Source of the DNA: Candidatus Woesearchaeota archaeon
Lineage (GTDB): Archaea; Nanobdellota; Nanobdellia; SCGC-AAA011-G17; JACPNG01
Length of the DNA: 64,000 nt
Direction: 5' to 3'
Assembly: GCA_016185615.1 (NCBI GenBank)
Contig: JACPNE010000007.1
Location: 1,760-65,759, forward strand
Shown here in pieces: positions 7,135 to 16,342 of this stretch; positions within the stretch are counted from its first letter, which is position 1, and the number at the start of each line of letters is the position of its first letter. The notes under the pieces were generated by a model. It was not told where the DNA came from and did not search any database. It worked only from the letters and a program-made list of their open reading frames with translations. The position numbers were made by a program, and so were the translations under genes.

Positions 7135-7836
7135 TTATCCTAAATAACTTAATTCTTTATCGTCTTTTTTAGATTCACCTACTTCTTTACTCTTCTCCAT
7201 TATAACATTTAATGTTTTTTCAAACTTTTCAGCTGCCTCTAATAATGGCTTGTAATCAACCTTTAATCCTAGATACTTATCAAGGACCTCAATTGCTTTT
7301 GCAGCAGCCTTACTATCTGCTAATCCAACAGTGCTCTCAATAAATACCCCATTAACATTCTTATCTTTTAATAATAATGCTCCTGTAACTCCAACAACTA
7401 TGCCTTCTTTTAATTGTTCTAGTCCTATCTTTTCAAAATTTTTTTTATTATTTTGGTCTCTCGTAAAATAATATGCATTAAGAGTTCCTTGGGTAGATCC
7501 TACCCCCTCTATGCTTATTATTTGTTTAGCCTTCATCTCTTTGCATAATTTGCTAATTATCTCAGCTAATCTCCATTCCAAGCCACGAACACCACTTAAA
7601 GCATGAATGAGGATAATGTTATTTTTAGGATCATGAAATATTCCAATAGGTTCAACAACTTTTGATTCATGAATTGCTGCCATAGGAACCATTAAACTGC
7701 TTCTTATCATTCCAATTGGTTTTGCATTTAGGTGTTTTATTAAGAATTCAACAGCTATTGTCCCAACAAGTCCAAATCCAGGAAATCCCTCTATGACTAT
7801 TGGATTTTTCGGTTTTTTATCCATTACAACCTTCAT
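7135..7836 (-). CDS. Proteasome assembly chaperone (PAC2 family)
   Basis: IEGFPGFGLVGTIA, GIVVGVTGALL, DSKAAAKAIEVL. Confidence 0.9.
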   Translation of the reverse strand: MKVVMDKKPKNPIVIEGFPGFGLVGTIAVEFLIKHLNAKPIGMIRSSLMVPMAAIHESKVVEPIGIFHDPKNNIILIHALSGVRGLEWRLAEIISKLCKEMKAKQIISIEGVGSTQGTLNAYYFTRDQNNKKNFEKIGLEQLKEGIVVGVTGALLLKDKNVNGVFIESTVGLADSKAAAKAIEVLDKYLGLKVDYKPLLEAAEKFEKTLNVIMEKSKEVGESKKDDKELSYLG

Positions 7837-8219
7837 AACTCTATCCTCTCTTTCAACAATTGATTGTAATTGTCTATGTAATTATCAGAAGTTTTTTTAC
7901 TCTTGAATGATCTTACCCTTCCTATGAACTTAGTGAAGAATTCAGCTATTTCCTGCTCTACTTCCTCTTGATTTACTATTTTTAATAAAACAATACTTTG
8001 TAATATATCATATGAATCATCAACTGTAATGTCTTCAGAGCTTTTTATTTTACTCAAAACCACCTTTGCTATCTCCTCAGAATTTTGCAAAGGGAACTCA
8101 ACATATATATTTTTCATTAGATCATTAGATTTGAAGTAAATTTTATACCCAATTTTATTTTCATTAAGAAGTACTTTACTAACTTCAACCCTTTTTACCT
8201 CTATACTAATATCTTTCAT
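7833..8219 (-). CDS. Hypothetical protein
   Basis: ORF track; ATGA overlap with the PAC2 gene. Confidence 0.75.
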   Translation of the reverse strand: MKDISIEVKRVEVSKVLLNENKIGYKIYFKSNDLMKNIYVEFPLQNSEEIAKVVLSKIKSSEDITVDDSYDILQSIVLLKIVNQEEVEQEIAEFFTKFIGRVRSFKSKKTSDNYIDNYNQLLKERIEL

Positions 8220-8290
8220 AGTATTTGAATATTGAACTCTTATTTAAATTTTATTGAGAAGTTTTTTAAGTTTAAAAATTACTTTAATTT

Positions 8291-8620
8291 ATGCAACAAT
8301 GGTTAAATGAGCTAAAATCTTCTAATAAGCTCATAATAGTTGAAGGAAAGAATGATAAGGCTTCTCTGAAAAAGTTTGGAATTACAAACATAGTGACAAT
8401 AAACAAGCCAATTTATGAATTAGTTGAGCATATTGTAAATAATTATAAAGAGGTTATTATTCTAACGGATCTGGATAAACAAGGCAAAAAGATTTATAGC
8501 ACACTTAAACATAATTTACAGAAGAGCGGAGTTAAGGTAGACAGTAAATTTAGAGAGTTTTTATATAAAAATACAAGACTTTCTAATATTGAAGGATTAT
8601 CAACTTATCTAAAAATATAA
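8291..8620 (+). CDS. Stand-alone Toprim-domain protein (RNase M5-like)
   Basis: IIVEGKND and ILTDLDKQG motifs. Confidence 0.88.
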   Translation: MQQWLNELKSSNKLIIVEGKNDKASLKKFGITNIVTINKPIYELVEHIVNNYKEVIILTDLDKQGKKIYSTLKHNLQKSGVKVDSKFREFLYKNTRLSNIEGLSTYLKI

Positions 8621-8632
8621 AGAACCCCCTTT

Positions 8633-8899
8633 TTATAACAAGTTCTTTATTCTTTCGATACTTTCGGCTACTTTGTTTCCAGTATCTGTTAATTTTATTA
8701 CTTTTATTCTTCCTTGTTTTATAAATTCAACTAACTTTGCTTTTTCCATTTCTTGTAGAATTTTGACAGCATGACTGTATGTGCAATCAACTTCTTTTGC
8801 AAGAACACTACCATACCTATTCTTATTGCTCTTCCTAAGAGCCACTAATATCATTGCAGGTTTTCTTCTAAAAAAAACCTCGAATATATCTTTCTTCAT
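8633..8899 (-). CDS. Winged-helix DNA-binding protein (MarR/ArsR-like)
   Basis: YGSVLAKEVDCTYSHAVKILQEME...GRIKVIKLTDTG. Confidence 0.8.
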   Translation of the reverse strand: MKKDIFEVFFRRKPAMILVALRKSNKNRYGSVLAKEVDCTYSHAVKILQEMEKAKLVEFIKQGRIKVIKLTDTGNKVAESIERIKNLL

Positions 8900-9080
8900 C
8901 GTTGCCCCCTACACCCCTTCTATGTAGTTTTTTGACTTTAGTTTATATTTAAAACTTTCTTTTTAATATATATTTCATAACATATAGATATCTTTTTAAA
9001 CCTTTCTAACAAGAATTTTTCATTATAACTATTTCTTTTCTCATAAAAATATTTAAATAAAATCTTATTAGATATCTCAT

Positions 9081-10364
9081 ATGCTAGACATAAAATTAGT
9101 AAGAGAAAATCCAAATTTAATAAAAGAGAACATCAAAAAAAAATTCCAACATGATAAAGTTAAAATCATTGATAATCTAATAAAAAAGGATAATGAATGG
9201 AGAGAATTAAAACAGCAATTGGACTTATTAAGAGCAGAAAGAAATAAGATTTCTGAAGGCATTAATCTAGCTAAAAAACAGAATGATAATCAAAGAGCAA
9301 AGGAACTGATAAAAAAAGCTAAAGATCTTCCAAATAAGATTACAGAGCTTAATGAAAGAGAAAAAATTCTAGAATCAGAGATAAAAGGATTGATGTTTCA
9401 GATTCCAAATATAATTTCTAAAAAAACACCCATTGGAAAGGGGGAAGCAAACAATAAAGTTATTAGAAAAGGGGGAGCCGTCTCAAAATTTAGTTTTCCA
9501 ATAAAGAATCATGTCGAGCTTGGAGAATCATTAAAAGTTTTAGATTTTGATTCATCTGCTAAAACTTCTGGAAATGGATTTTATTATCTGAAGGGGGATT
9601 TAGCACTTCTTAATCAAGCTTTAATTAGGTTTACAATTGATTATATGAAAAAGAAAAAATATATTTATATTGAGCCACCTTTAATGGTAAATAAAAGAGT
9701 TGAAGAAGCTAAGGGAGATTTTGAAGCATTTGAAAAGGCATTGTACAAAATAGAAAATGAAGATTTATTTATGATTCCTACTTCAGAAGATTCAATATTA
9801 GGAATGTTATCAGATAAAACTATATCTGAAGAAGATTTACCTCTTAAATTTTTTTCATATACAATGTGTTTCAGAAAAGAGATAGGAAGTCATGGAATTA
9901 ATGAAAAGGGATTATGGAGAACGCACCAATTCAATAAAATTGAGCAATTTATTTTCTGTAAGCCAGAAGACTCTGAAAAATATTATGATGAACTGTTAAA
10001 AAATTCTGAGGAAATATTAAAGGCATTGAAATTGCCATACAGAATTTTAGAAATGTGCTCTTCTGAACTTGCCGATTGGAAGTATAGAAGTGCTGATTTA
10101 GAAGTTTATAGACCAACAACAAAAGAATATGGTGAATTAATGTCTTTATCAAATTGTACTGACTATCAAGCTAGAAAATTAAATATAAAATGTTATGACA
10201 AAAAAGACAATAAGAGAGTAGTTCATACCTTGAATAATACAGCTTTAGCTACCTCAAGAGCTTTAGTTGTTATTATGGAAAATTATCAACAAAAAGATGG
10301 TTCTATTAAAGTTCCTTTGGTATTACAGAAGTATACTGGCTTTAAAAGGATATTAAAGCAGTAA
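9081..10364 (+). CDS. serS: Serine--tRNA ligase
   Basis: N-terminal coiled coil, PTSE, FRKE, HQFNKIE, HTLNNTALA. Confidence 0.97.
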   Translation: MLDIKLVRENPNLIKENIKKKFQHDKVKIIDNLIKKDNEWRELKQQLDLLRAERNKISEGINLAKKQNDNQRAKELIKKAKDLPNKITELNEREKILESEIKGLMFQIPNIISKKTPIGKGEANNKVIRKGGAVSKFSFPIKNHVELGESLKVLDFDSSAKTSGNGFYYLKGDLALLNQALIRFTIDYMKKKKYIYIEPPLMVNKRVEEAKGDFEAFEKALYKIENEDLFMIPTSEDSILGMLSDKTISEEDLPLKFFSYTMCFRKEIGSHGINEKGLWRTHQFNKIEQFIFCKPEDSEKYYDELLKNSEEILKALKLPYRILEMCSSELADWKYRSADLEVYRPTTKEYGELMSLSNCTDYQARKLNIKCYDKKDNKRVVHTLNNTALATSRALVVIMENYQQKDGSIKVPLVLQKYTGFKRILKQ

Positions 10365-10383
10365 GGTTTTTAAATTATATATA

Positions 10384-11097
10384 ATGGATTATAACATGAC
10401 AATTCCTAAACATATTGGAATTATTTTGGATGGTAACAGAAGGTTCGCTAAGAAATTAATGATGAAACCATGGATGGGTCATGAATGGGGAGCACAAAAA
10501 GTAGAGAAACTATTTGATTGGTGCAAAGAACTTGGGGTTAAAGAAATTACATTATATGCTTTCTCAATTCAGAATTTTAACAGACCTAAAGAAGAATTTG
10601 ATTATTTAATGAATATATTCAAGAAAGAATTCAACAGGCTTCTTAATGACGAGATTATAAAGTTAGAAAAAGACAAAGTCAGAATTAATTTTATAGGAAG
10701 AATATGGAAATTTCCAGAAGATATACAAGATATCATGAAAAAATTGATGTATAAAACAAAAGATTATAATAATTACACTGTAAACTTTGCAATGGCTTAT
10801 GGCGGTAGGGAAGAAGTTTTGGATGCAGTTAAGAGAATAGGCGAAAAAGTCAAAAATGGCAAATTGGATATTAATGAGATTAATGAAGAGATATTCTCAG
10901 AGAATCTTTATATGGATCATGAGCCAGACCTAATAATTAGAACTGGTGGAGAAAAAAGAACATCTAACTTTCTGATCTGGCAGAGCTGGTATTCTGAATG
11001 GCTCTTCTTAGAGAAAACCTGGCCTGAATTTGAAAAAGAGGATTTGATAAAAGCAATTGAAGATTTCTCTCAAAGAGAAAGAAGATTTGGTAAATGA
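10384..11097 (+). CDS. uppS: cis-prenyltransferase (undecaprenyl diphosphate synthase)
   Basis: HIGIILDGNRRFA, FSIQNFNRP, RTGGEKRTSNFL. Confidence 0.96.
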   Translation: MDYNMTIPKHIGIILDGNRRFAKKLMMKPWMGHEWGAQKVEKLFDWCKELGVKEITLYAFSIQNFNRPKEEFDYLMNIFKKEFNRLLNDEIIKLEKDKVRINFIGRIWKFPEDIQDIMKKLMYKTKDYNNYTVNFAMAYGGREEVLDAVKRIGEKVKNGKLDINEINEEIFSENLYMDHEPDLIIRTGGEKRTSNFLIWQSWYSEWLFLEKTWPEFEKEDLIKAIEDFSQRERRFGK

Positions 11098-11151
11098 TTA
11101 GTAAATATTTAATATAAAAAGTTTAATAAATCGAATTTCTGAATTAATAAC

Positions 11152-11754
11152 ATGAGAATTTTGGCAGCTGGAGATATTCATGGAGACTCTTTATTAGCTA
11201 AAAGATTAGCAGAGAGAGCTGAAAAAGAAAAAGCCGATTTAGTTATACTCTGTGGTGACATTACAGATTCTTTTCAAAAGACAGAAGGACTTATCGGGCC
11301 ATTTCTTAAAAAAAAGAAAAAAGTATTATTAATTCCAGGCAATCATGATGGATTTGCAACAGCAGATTTTCTGGCAGAATTGTATGGGGTTAAGAATATT
11401 CATGGATATTCTGTTAAATATGAAGATATTGGGATATTTGGGTGCGGTGGAGCTAATATTGGAGTAGAGCAATTGCAAGAAGATGATATTTATGACATCT
11501 TAAAAAAAGGATTTGATAAAATAAAAGAATTAAAGAAAAAAATCATGGTTACACATGTTCATCCATCTAACACAAAAATAGAGAAATTCTCTCAATTTGT
11601 TCCGGGTTCGGAAGGAGTAGAAAGAGCATTAAAAAAATTAAAACCAGATATTTTATTATGTAGTCATGTACATGAAGCAGAAGGCATCGAAGAAAAGCTT
11701 GGCAGTACATTAGTAATAAACGTTGGAAGAAGCGGAAAAATAATAGATATTTAA
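11152..11754 (+). CDS. Metallophosphoesterase (Icc-like)
   Basis: GDIHG, CGDI, PGNHD, HVH motifs. Confidence 0.9.
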   Translation: MRILAAGDIHGDSLLAKRLAERAEKEKADLVILCGDITDSFQKTEGLIGPFLKKKKKVLLIPGNHDGFATADFLAELYGVKNIHGYSVKYEDIGIFGCGGANIGVEQLQEDDIYDILKKGFDKIKELKKKIMVTHVHPSNTKIEKFSQFVPGSEGVERALKKLKPDILLCSHVHEAEGIEEKLGSTLVINVGRSGKIIDI

Positions 11755-11793
11755 TCCTAAAGTTTTAAAAACTTTGTTCTAAAATAGATAATT

Positions 11794-13872
11794 ATGACAA
11801 AATTAATAATTTCAGAGAAGCCATCTTCATGTTTAAAGATAGCTGAAGCCCTATCAGATAAGAAATTACGGAAAAAGAAAGTAAATAACATATCATATTA
11901 TGAGCTTGAACATAAAGGAGAAAGGATATTAGTTGGATGTGCTGTAGGACATTTGTTTAATTTAGGAGAGGAAGAGAAAAAAGGATGGACTTATCCCGTT
12001 TTTAATCTTAAATGGATAGAATCTTACAAGTTAAACAAATCTTCAGCATTTACAAAAAAATATGTTGATGTTCTAAAAACTCTGGCTAAAGAATCAGATG
12101 AATTTTATGTTGCATGCGATTATGATCTGGAAGGAAGCTTAATAGGATTTAATATTATAAGATTCGTATGCAATAAAAAAGATGGTAAGAGGATGAAATT
12201 TTCAACCTTGACAAAAAAAGAATTAATAAAATCTTATGAAGATGCATCTAAACATCTCGATTTTCAATTAATAGAGTCAGGAGAAACAAGACATATTCTT
12301 GATTTTTTTTATGGAATTAATATTAGCCGTGCACTAACATTAGCAATTAAGAATTCTACAGGAGTTCATAAAATTTTAAGTTCGGGAAGAGTCCAAGGAC
12401 CAGCCCTAAAAATTTTGTCAGATAGGGAAAAAGAGATTAAATCATTCAAAGCAATCCAATTCTGGCAACTTGAATTAAAAGCTGAAATAAATAATGATAA
12501 AATAACTGCATTTCATAAAGAAGATAAATTCTGGGATAAAAATAAAGCTCAAAAGTCATTAGAAAATACAAAAGGAAAAAAAGCTATTGTTGATAATATA
12601 GAAAAGAAAAGGTTTTTACAAAATCCACCAAATCCTTTTGATCTAACATCTTTACAACTAGAAGCCTATAAAACTTTAAGGATATCCCCAAAAGAAACAC
12701 TTAATTTGGCACAGAATCTTTACACGAACTCATACATCTCCTATCCTAGAACTAGCTCTAATCAGCTTCCTGAATCTTTAGGATATAAAGATTTAATAAA
12801 AAATCTAACAAAACAGTCAAAATACAAAAAATTAGCTGAGGAAATTCTAAAAGGAAAATTAGTTCCAAATAATGGGAAGAAAAATGATCCAGCACATCCA
12901 GCAATATATCCTACTGGAGAAATTCCAAAAGATTTAACAGAAAGAGAGCTTAAATTGTATGATCTTATTGTTAAGAGGACATTAGCTACTTTCTCAGTTC
13001 CAGCAAAGAGAGAAACAGTCAATATTGAAATTGACATAAATAATGAAATATTTGTTACAAAAGGCACAAGAACAATTGAGAAGGGATGGCATTCATTTTA
13101 TGAGCCTTATGTCCTTTTGGAAGAACAGGAACTTCCTTCTATGGAAAAAGGTAATGAATTAAAGATAATCAAAATCTCATTATTGGATAAAGAGACACAA
13201 CCACCAAAAAGATACACTCCTGCTTCTATAATAAAGGAATTAGAGAAAAGAAATCTTGGAACCAAGGCAACAAGGGCGTCCATTATAGATTCATTATATG
13301 AGAGGGATTATGTAAAAGAAAAATCAATGGAAGTTACTGATTTAGGATTAAAGACAGTTGAAACCCTTGAGAAATATTGTCCTGAGATATTAGATGAGCA
13401 ATTGACAAGGCATTTTGAAGAGGAGATGGAACAGATTGTTGAAGGAAAAAAGAAAGGAGAAGAAGTTGTTGAAGAAGCAAAAGAAGTTTTAATAAAAACA
13501 TTAAAGCGTTTTAAAGATAATGAATCTAAAATAGGGAAATCATTAACAGAGGCACATATTGAGACCAGAGAAAAGGCAAATCTAATTGGAAAATGCCCAA
13601 GTTGTAATAATGACCTTAGGATAACTTACTCTAAAAATAATAAATCTTATTTCATTGGATGCTCTAACTATCCCAATTGTAAAACAACATTTTCATTGCC
13701 TAAGTTTGCTGTTCCGAAACCCACAGATAATGTCTGTAAGGAATGTCAATTTCCAATTGTTAATATGATAAGAAAAGGCAAAAGGCCATATCAATTTTGT
13801 ATAAATCCGAATTGCAAGACAAAAGAGGATTATAAGAAAAAACTAGAGGAAGAGGCTAACGCCTTACTTTGA
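11794..13872 (+). CDS. topA: DNA topoisomerase I (type IA)
   Basis: ISEKP, ACDYDLEG, SSGRVQGP, YISYPRT, C-terminal zinc ribbons. Confidence 0.97.
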   Translation: MTKLIISEKPSSCLKIAEALSDKKLRKKKVNNISYYELEHKGERILVGCAVGHLFNLGEEEKKGWTYPVFNLKWIESYKLNKSSAFTKKYVDVLKTLAKESDEFYVACDYDLEGSLIGFNIIRFVCNKKDGKRMKFSTLTKKELIKSYEDASKHLDFQLIESGETRHILDFFYGINISRALTLAIKNSTGVHKILSSGRVQGPALKILSDREKEIKSFKAIQFWQLELKAEINNDKITAFHKEDKFWDKNKAQKSLENTKGKKAIVDNIEKKRFLQNPPNPFDLTSLQLEAYKTLRISPKETLNLAQNLYTNSYISYPRTSSNQLPESLGYKDLIKNLTKQSKYKKLAEEILKGKLVPNNGKKNDPAHPAIYPTGEIPKDLTERELKLYDLIVKRTLATFSVPAKRETVNIEIDINNEIFVTKGTRTIEKGWHSFYEPYVLLEEQELPSMEKGNELKIIKISLLDKETQPPKRYTPASIIKELEKRNLGTKATRASIIDSLYERDYVKEKSMEVTDLGLKTVETLEKYCPEILDEQLTRHFEEEMEQIVEGKKKGEEVVEEAKEVLIKTLKRFKDNESKIGKSLTEAHIETREKANLIGKCPSCNNDLRITYSKNNKSYFIGCSNYPNCKTTFSLPKFAVPKPTDNVCKECQFPIVNMIRKGKRPYQFCINPNCKTKEDYKKKLEEEANALL

Positions 13873-14497
13873 ATAATCCTTCTCTCTCAATTTCAAAAAA
13901 CATTTCTTTTTTTACTGGTTTTATCAACTTAATCTTTCTTTTTATATTTTTGTTTAATTGTATTAAACAACTGCAATATCTCTCAATTAGATTATAAGCT
14001 AACATCACCTCTTCATCTATATCTATTTTATTATAAACTTGATTTGTTATTATAACCGGAACTTTTTTTGAGATTTCCTGTAAATCCTTAATTTGTGATA
14101 TTAACATATTATTTGCCAAGTCTTTATGGCTTTTTACAATTCTTCTGTAATAAATTCCGATTGTATCAACGATTATTAAAGAAAATTTTGACTTTTCTAT
14201 AAACAACATCAATTCTTTTATTTTTTTGCCTTGATTCTTAAAATCATTTATTTTAGATATAAACAAATTATCAAGATATCTATTATAATCTTCTCCAGCC
14301 AATTGTTTGAATCTGTCTAATGAGAAGCCATTTTCAGTGTCAATATAAATAACTTTTTTATTTTGTTTTAATTGTTCTATAGCCGCTAGCATACAACACG
14401 TGGTTTTTCCTGTAGCCGCCTTTCCATATATCATTGTTAGATGATTTCCATACCCTCCTATGAACTCATCTAAATCTTTGCTTCCTGTATTAATCAT
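13856..14497 (-). CDS. radB: DNA repair protein RadB
   Basis: GKAATGKTT, YIDTENGFS, VIITNQVY; short RecA-family core. Confidence 0.9.
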   Translation of the reverse strand: MINTGSKDLDEFIGGYGNHLTMIYGKAATGKTTCCMLAAIEQLKQNKKVIYIDTENGFSLDRFKQLAGEDYNRYLDNLFISKINDFKNQGKKIKELMLFIEKSKFSLIIVDTIGIYYRRIVKSHKDLANNMLISQIKDLQEISKKVPVIITNQVYNKIDIDEEVMLAYNLIERYCSCLIQLNKNIKRKIKLIKPVKKEMFFEIEREGLFKVRR

Positions 14498-14555
14498 CTT
14501 TTTATCAATAAGAGTAATTTTAAAATAATTTCTAAAACAATTAAATGAATGTGAT

Positions 14556-14915
14556 TCAGTCTAGAATATCTTGAATACCTGAAGTAACCATTATATCCAT
14601 TGGAGTCATTCCAACCCTAGAGAGCTTACCTTCTTCTGTTAACAATCTAGCAACAATTCTTTTACCTCTTTCTGCTATTTTTTCTAAGAATCTTGGTAAA
14701 TCATCATATTCAATATACTCTTTAGTCATATTCCTTGTTGAATAAAAAAGTAGATTATTATTAACATGTATAACTTCTATTGGGGTATCATCATCTAAAA
14801 AGCCAACTACCCCATATGGTTTTCCCATATTTTGACCTTTATTAGCAGAAATTGCTTCTAATTCACCAATCTTAGTTACTTCATATTTACTATTTCTAGT
14901 AACATAAATTGTCAT
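14556..14915 (-). CDS. Hypothetical protein
   Basis: ORF track. Confidence 0.65.
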   Translation of the reverse strand: MTIYVTRNSKYEVTKIGELEAISANKGQNMGKPYGVVGFLDDDTPIEVIHVNNNLLFYSTRNMTKEYIEYDDLPRFLEKIAERGKRIVARLLTEEGKLSRVGMTPMDIMVTSGIQDILD

Positions 14916-15024
14916 AAATTTTGCAATAAACTAAAATTAATAAACATTATCAATTTTTAAATATGATATTCAATCGATTATTTTAAACTATTCTAACAAA
15001 AACTTTATAATTAGATGATATATC

Positions 15025-15891
15025 ATGAAAAAGATGACAATTAAAAAGCAGCTTATTAAGGTAAAAGAGAATTGGCTTCTTATATTAATCATAATCTTAC
15101 TATTTATAGCAGTTTCAGGATTAAATATAAATTTATTTTCCACAGGGATTTTATCCCAAGATAAATTGTCTTTAGACAGTTCAGCTGCAATGGAGAGAGG
15201 ATTTTATCCCCCGATTATGGGAGGATTTGCTCCAGATGTTGAAGAAAGAGTAATCATTAAAACAGCACAACTATCTACAGAAGTTGAAAGAGGAGAATTC
15301 CAAAAATCTGAATCTAAGTTGAAAGAGATTGTAGAGTTATCAAATTCATTTATCTTAAATCATAATGTAAACAAACAAGGAACTGAAAGAGAATTATACT
15401 TCTCCGGAAATTATGAACTAAAGGTTGAAGTCTTGAAATACAACTCCGTTGTATCTCAATTGAAAGAAATTGGAGAGGTTAAATCATTCAGTGAAAATGA
15501 GCTTGATGTTACTGGAACACATACAGATTTAACAACACAATTAGAATCTGAAAATGAGAGATTACAAAGATTCAAGATAATGTTTGATGAAACCCAAAAT
15601 ATTAATGATAAAATAGAGTTAACAGATAGAATATTTAATCAAGAAAGAACAATAAAATTCATAGAGGACTCTTTGAAAAATATTAACCAAGATGTACAAT
15701 ACTCAACAATACATGTAAACATTGTAGAAAAACAGTCTGAATATAAAGATGTATTATTCATAAAGATTTCAGATATTGCAAGATCATTTGTAAACAGTTT
15801 CAATAATCTGATTAAACTATTAATTATATTAATACCTTGGATAATCTTGGCTTTGGTAATCTACTTTGTTTATAATAGATTTAGATATTAA
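15025..15891 (+). CDS. DUF4349-like membrane-anchored coiled-coil protein
   Basis: N- and C-terminal TM; IIKTAQLSTEV, DVTGTHTDL, QYSTIHVNI pattern. Confidence 0.75.
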   Translation: MKKMTIKKQLIKVKENWLLILIIILLFIAVSGLNINLFSTGILSQDKLSLDSSAAMERGFYPPIMGGFAPDVEERVIIKTAQLSTEVERGEFQKSESKLKEIVELSNSFILNHNVNKQGTERELYFSGNYELKVEVLKYNSVVSQLKEIGEVKSFSENELDVTGTHTDLTTQLESENERLQRFKIMFDETQNINDKIELTDRIFNQERTIKFIEDSLKNINQDVQYSTIHVNIVEKQSEYKDVLFIKISDIARSFVNSFNNLIKLLIILIPWIILALVIYFVYNRFRY

Positions 15892-15953
15892 CTATTATTT
15901 TATTAATACACATTTTCTAGAGAATTAACCATTTCCGAAAGCTTTATATATAC

Positions 15954-16334
15954 ATGCTTGTATACACAGAGAAGTTATACAAAATGACAGACATATTTAA
16001 TACAACAATTTTATGTAATCATTGTGAAAAGAAAGCCCAAAAGGTTGAGATAATTAAGGATGGGCTTAGAATAAGAACAGCTGTATGCCCAGAATGCAAC
16101 CAGAGATGGTTCCATCCATTAGATATAGAAAAATATAATAACTTTCAGAAAATAAAGCAAAAAGTATTTAATGTCAAGCTTAGAATGGTAGGAAACTCAT
16201 ATACAATATCAATTCCAAGGGAGATAATAAACTTCCATAAAGAATTTGAAAAAAGAGTGGATGATATAATAAATTTAAATCTGGAAGAGCCAGAAAAAAT
16301 AACAATTTACTTTTCAAAGAAAATAACATTTTAG
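15954..16334 (+). CDS. Zn-ribbon plus AbrB/SpoVT-like DNA-binding protein
   Basis: CNHC...CPEC; [16 protein letters not shown]. Confidence 0.75.
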   Translation: MLVYTEKLYKMTDIFNTTILCNHCEKKAQKVEIIKDGLRIRTAVCPECNQRWFHPLDIEKYNNFQKIKQKVFNVKLRMVGNSYTISIPREIINFHKEFEKRVDDIINLNLEEPEKITIYFSKKITF

Positions 16335-16342
16335 GAATAAAA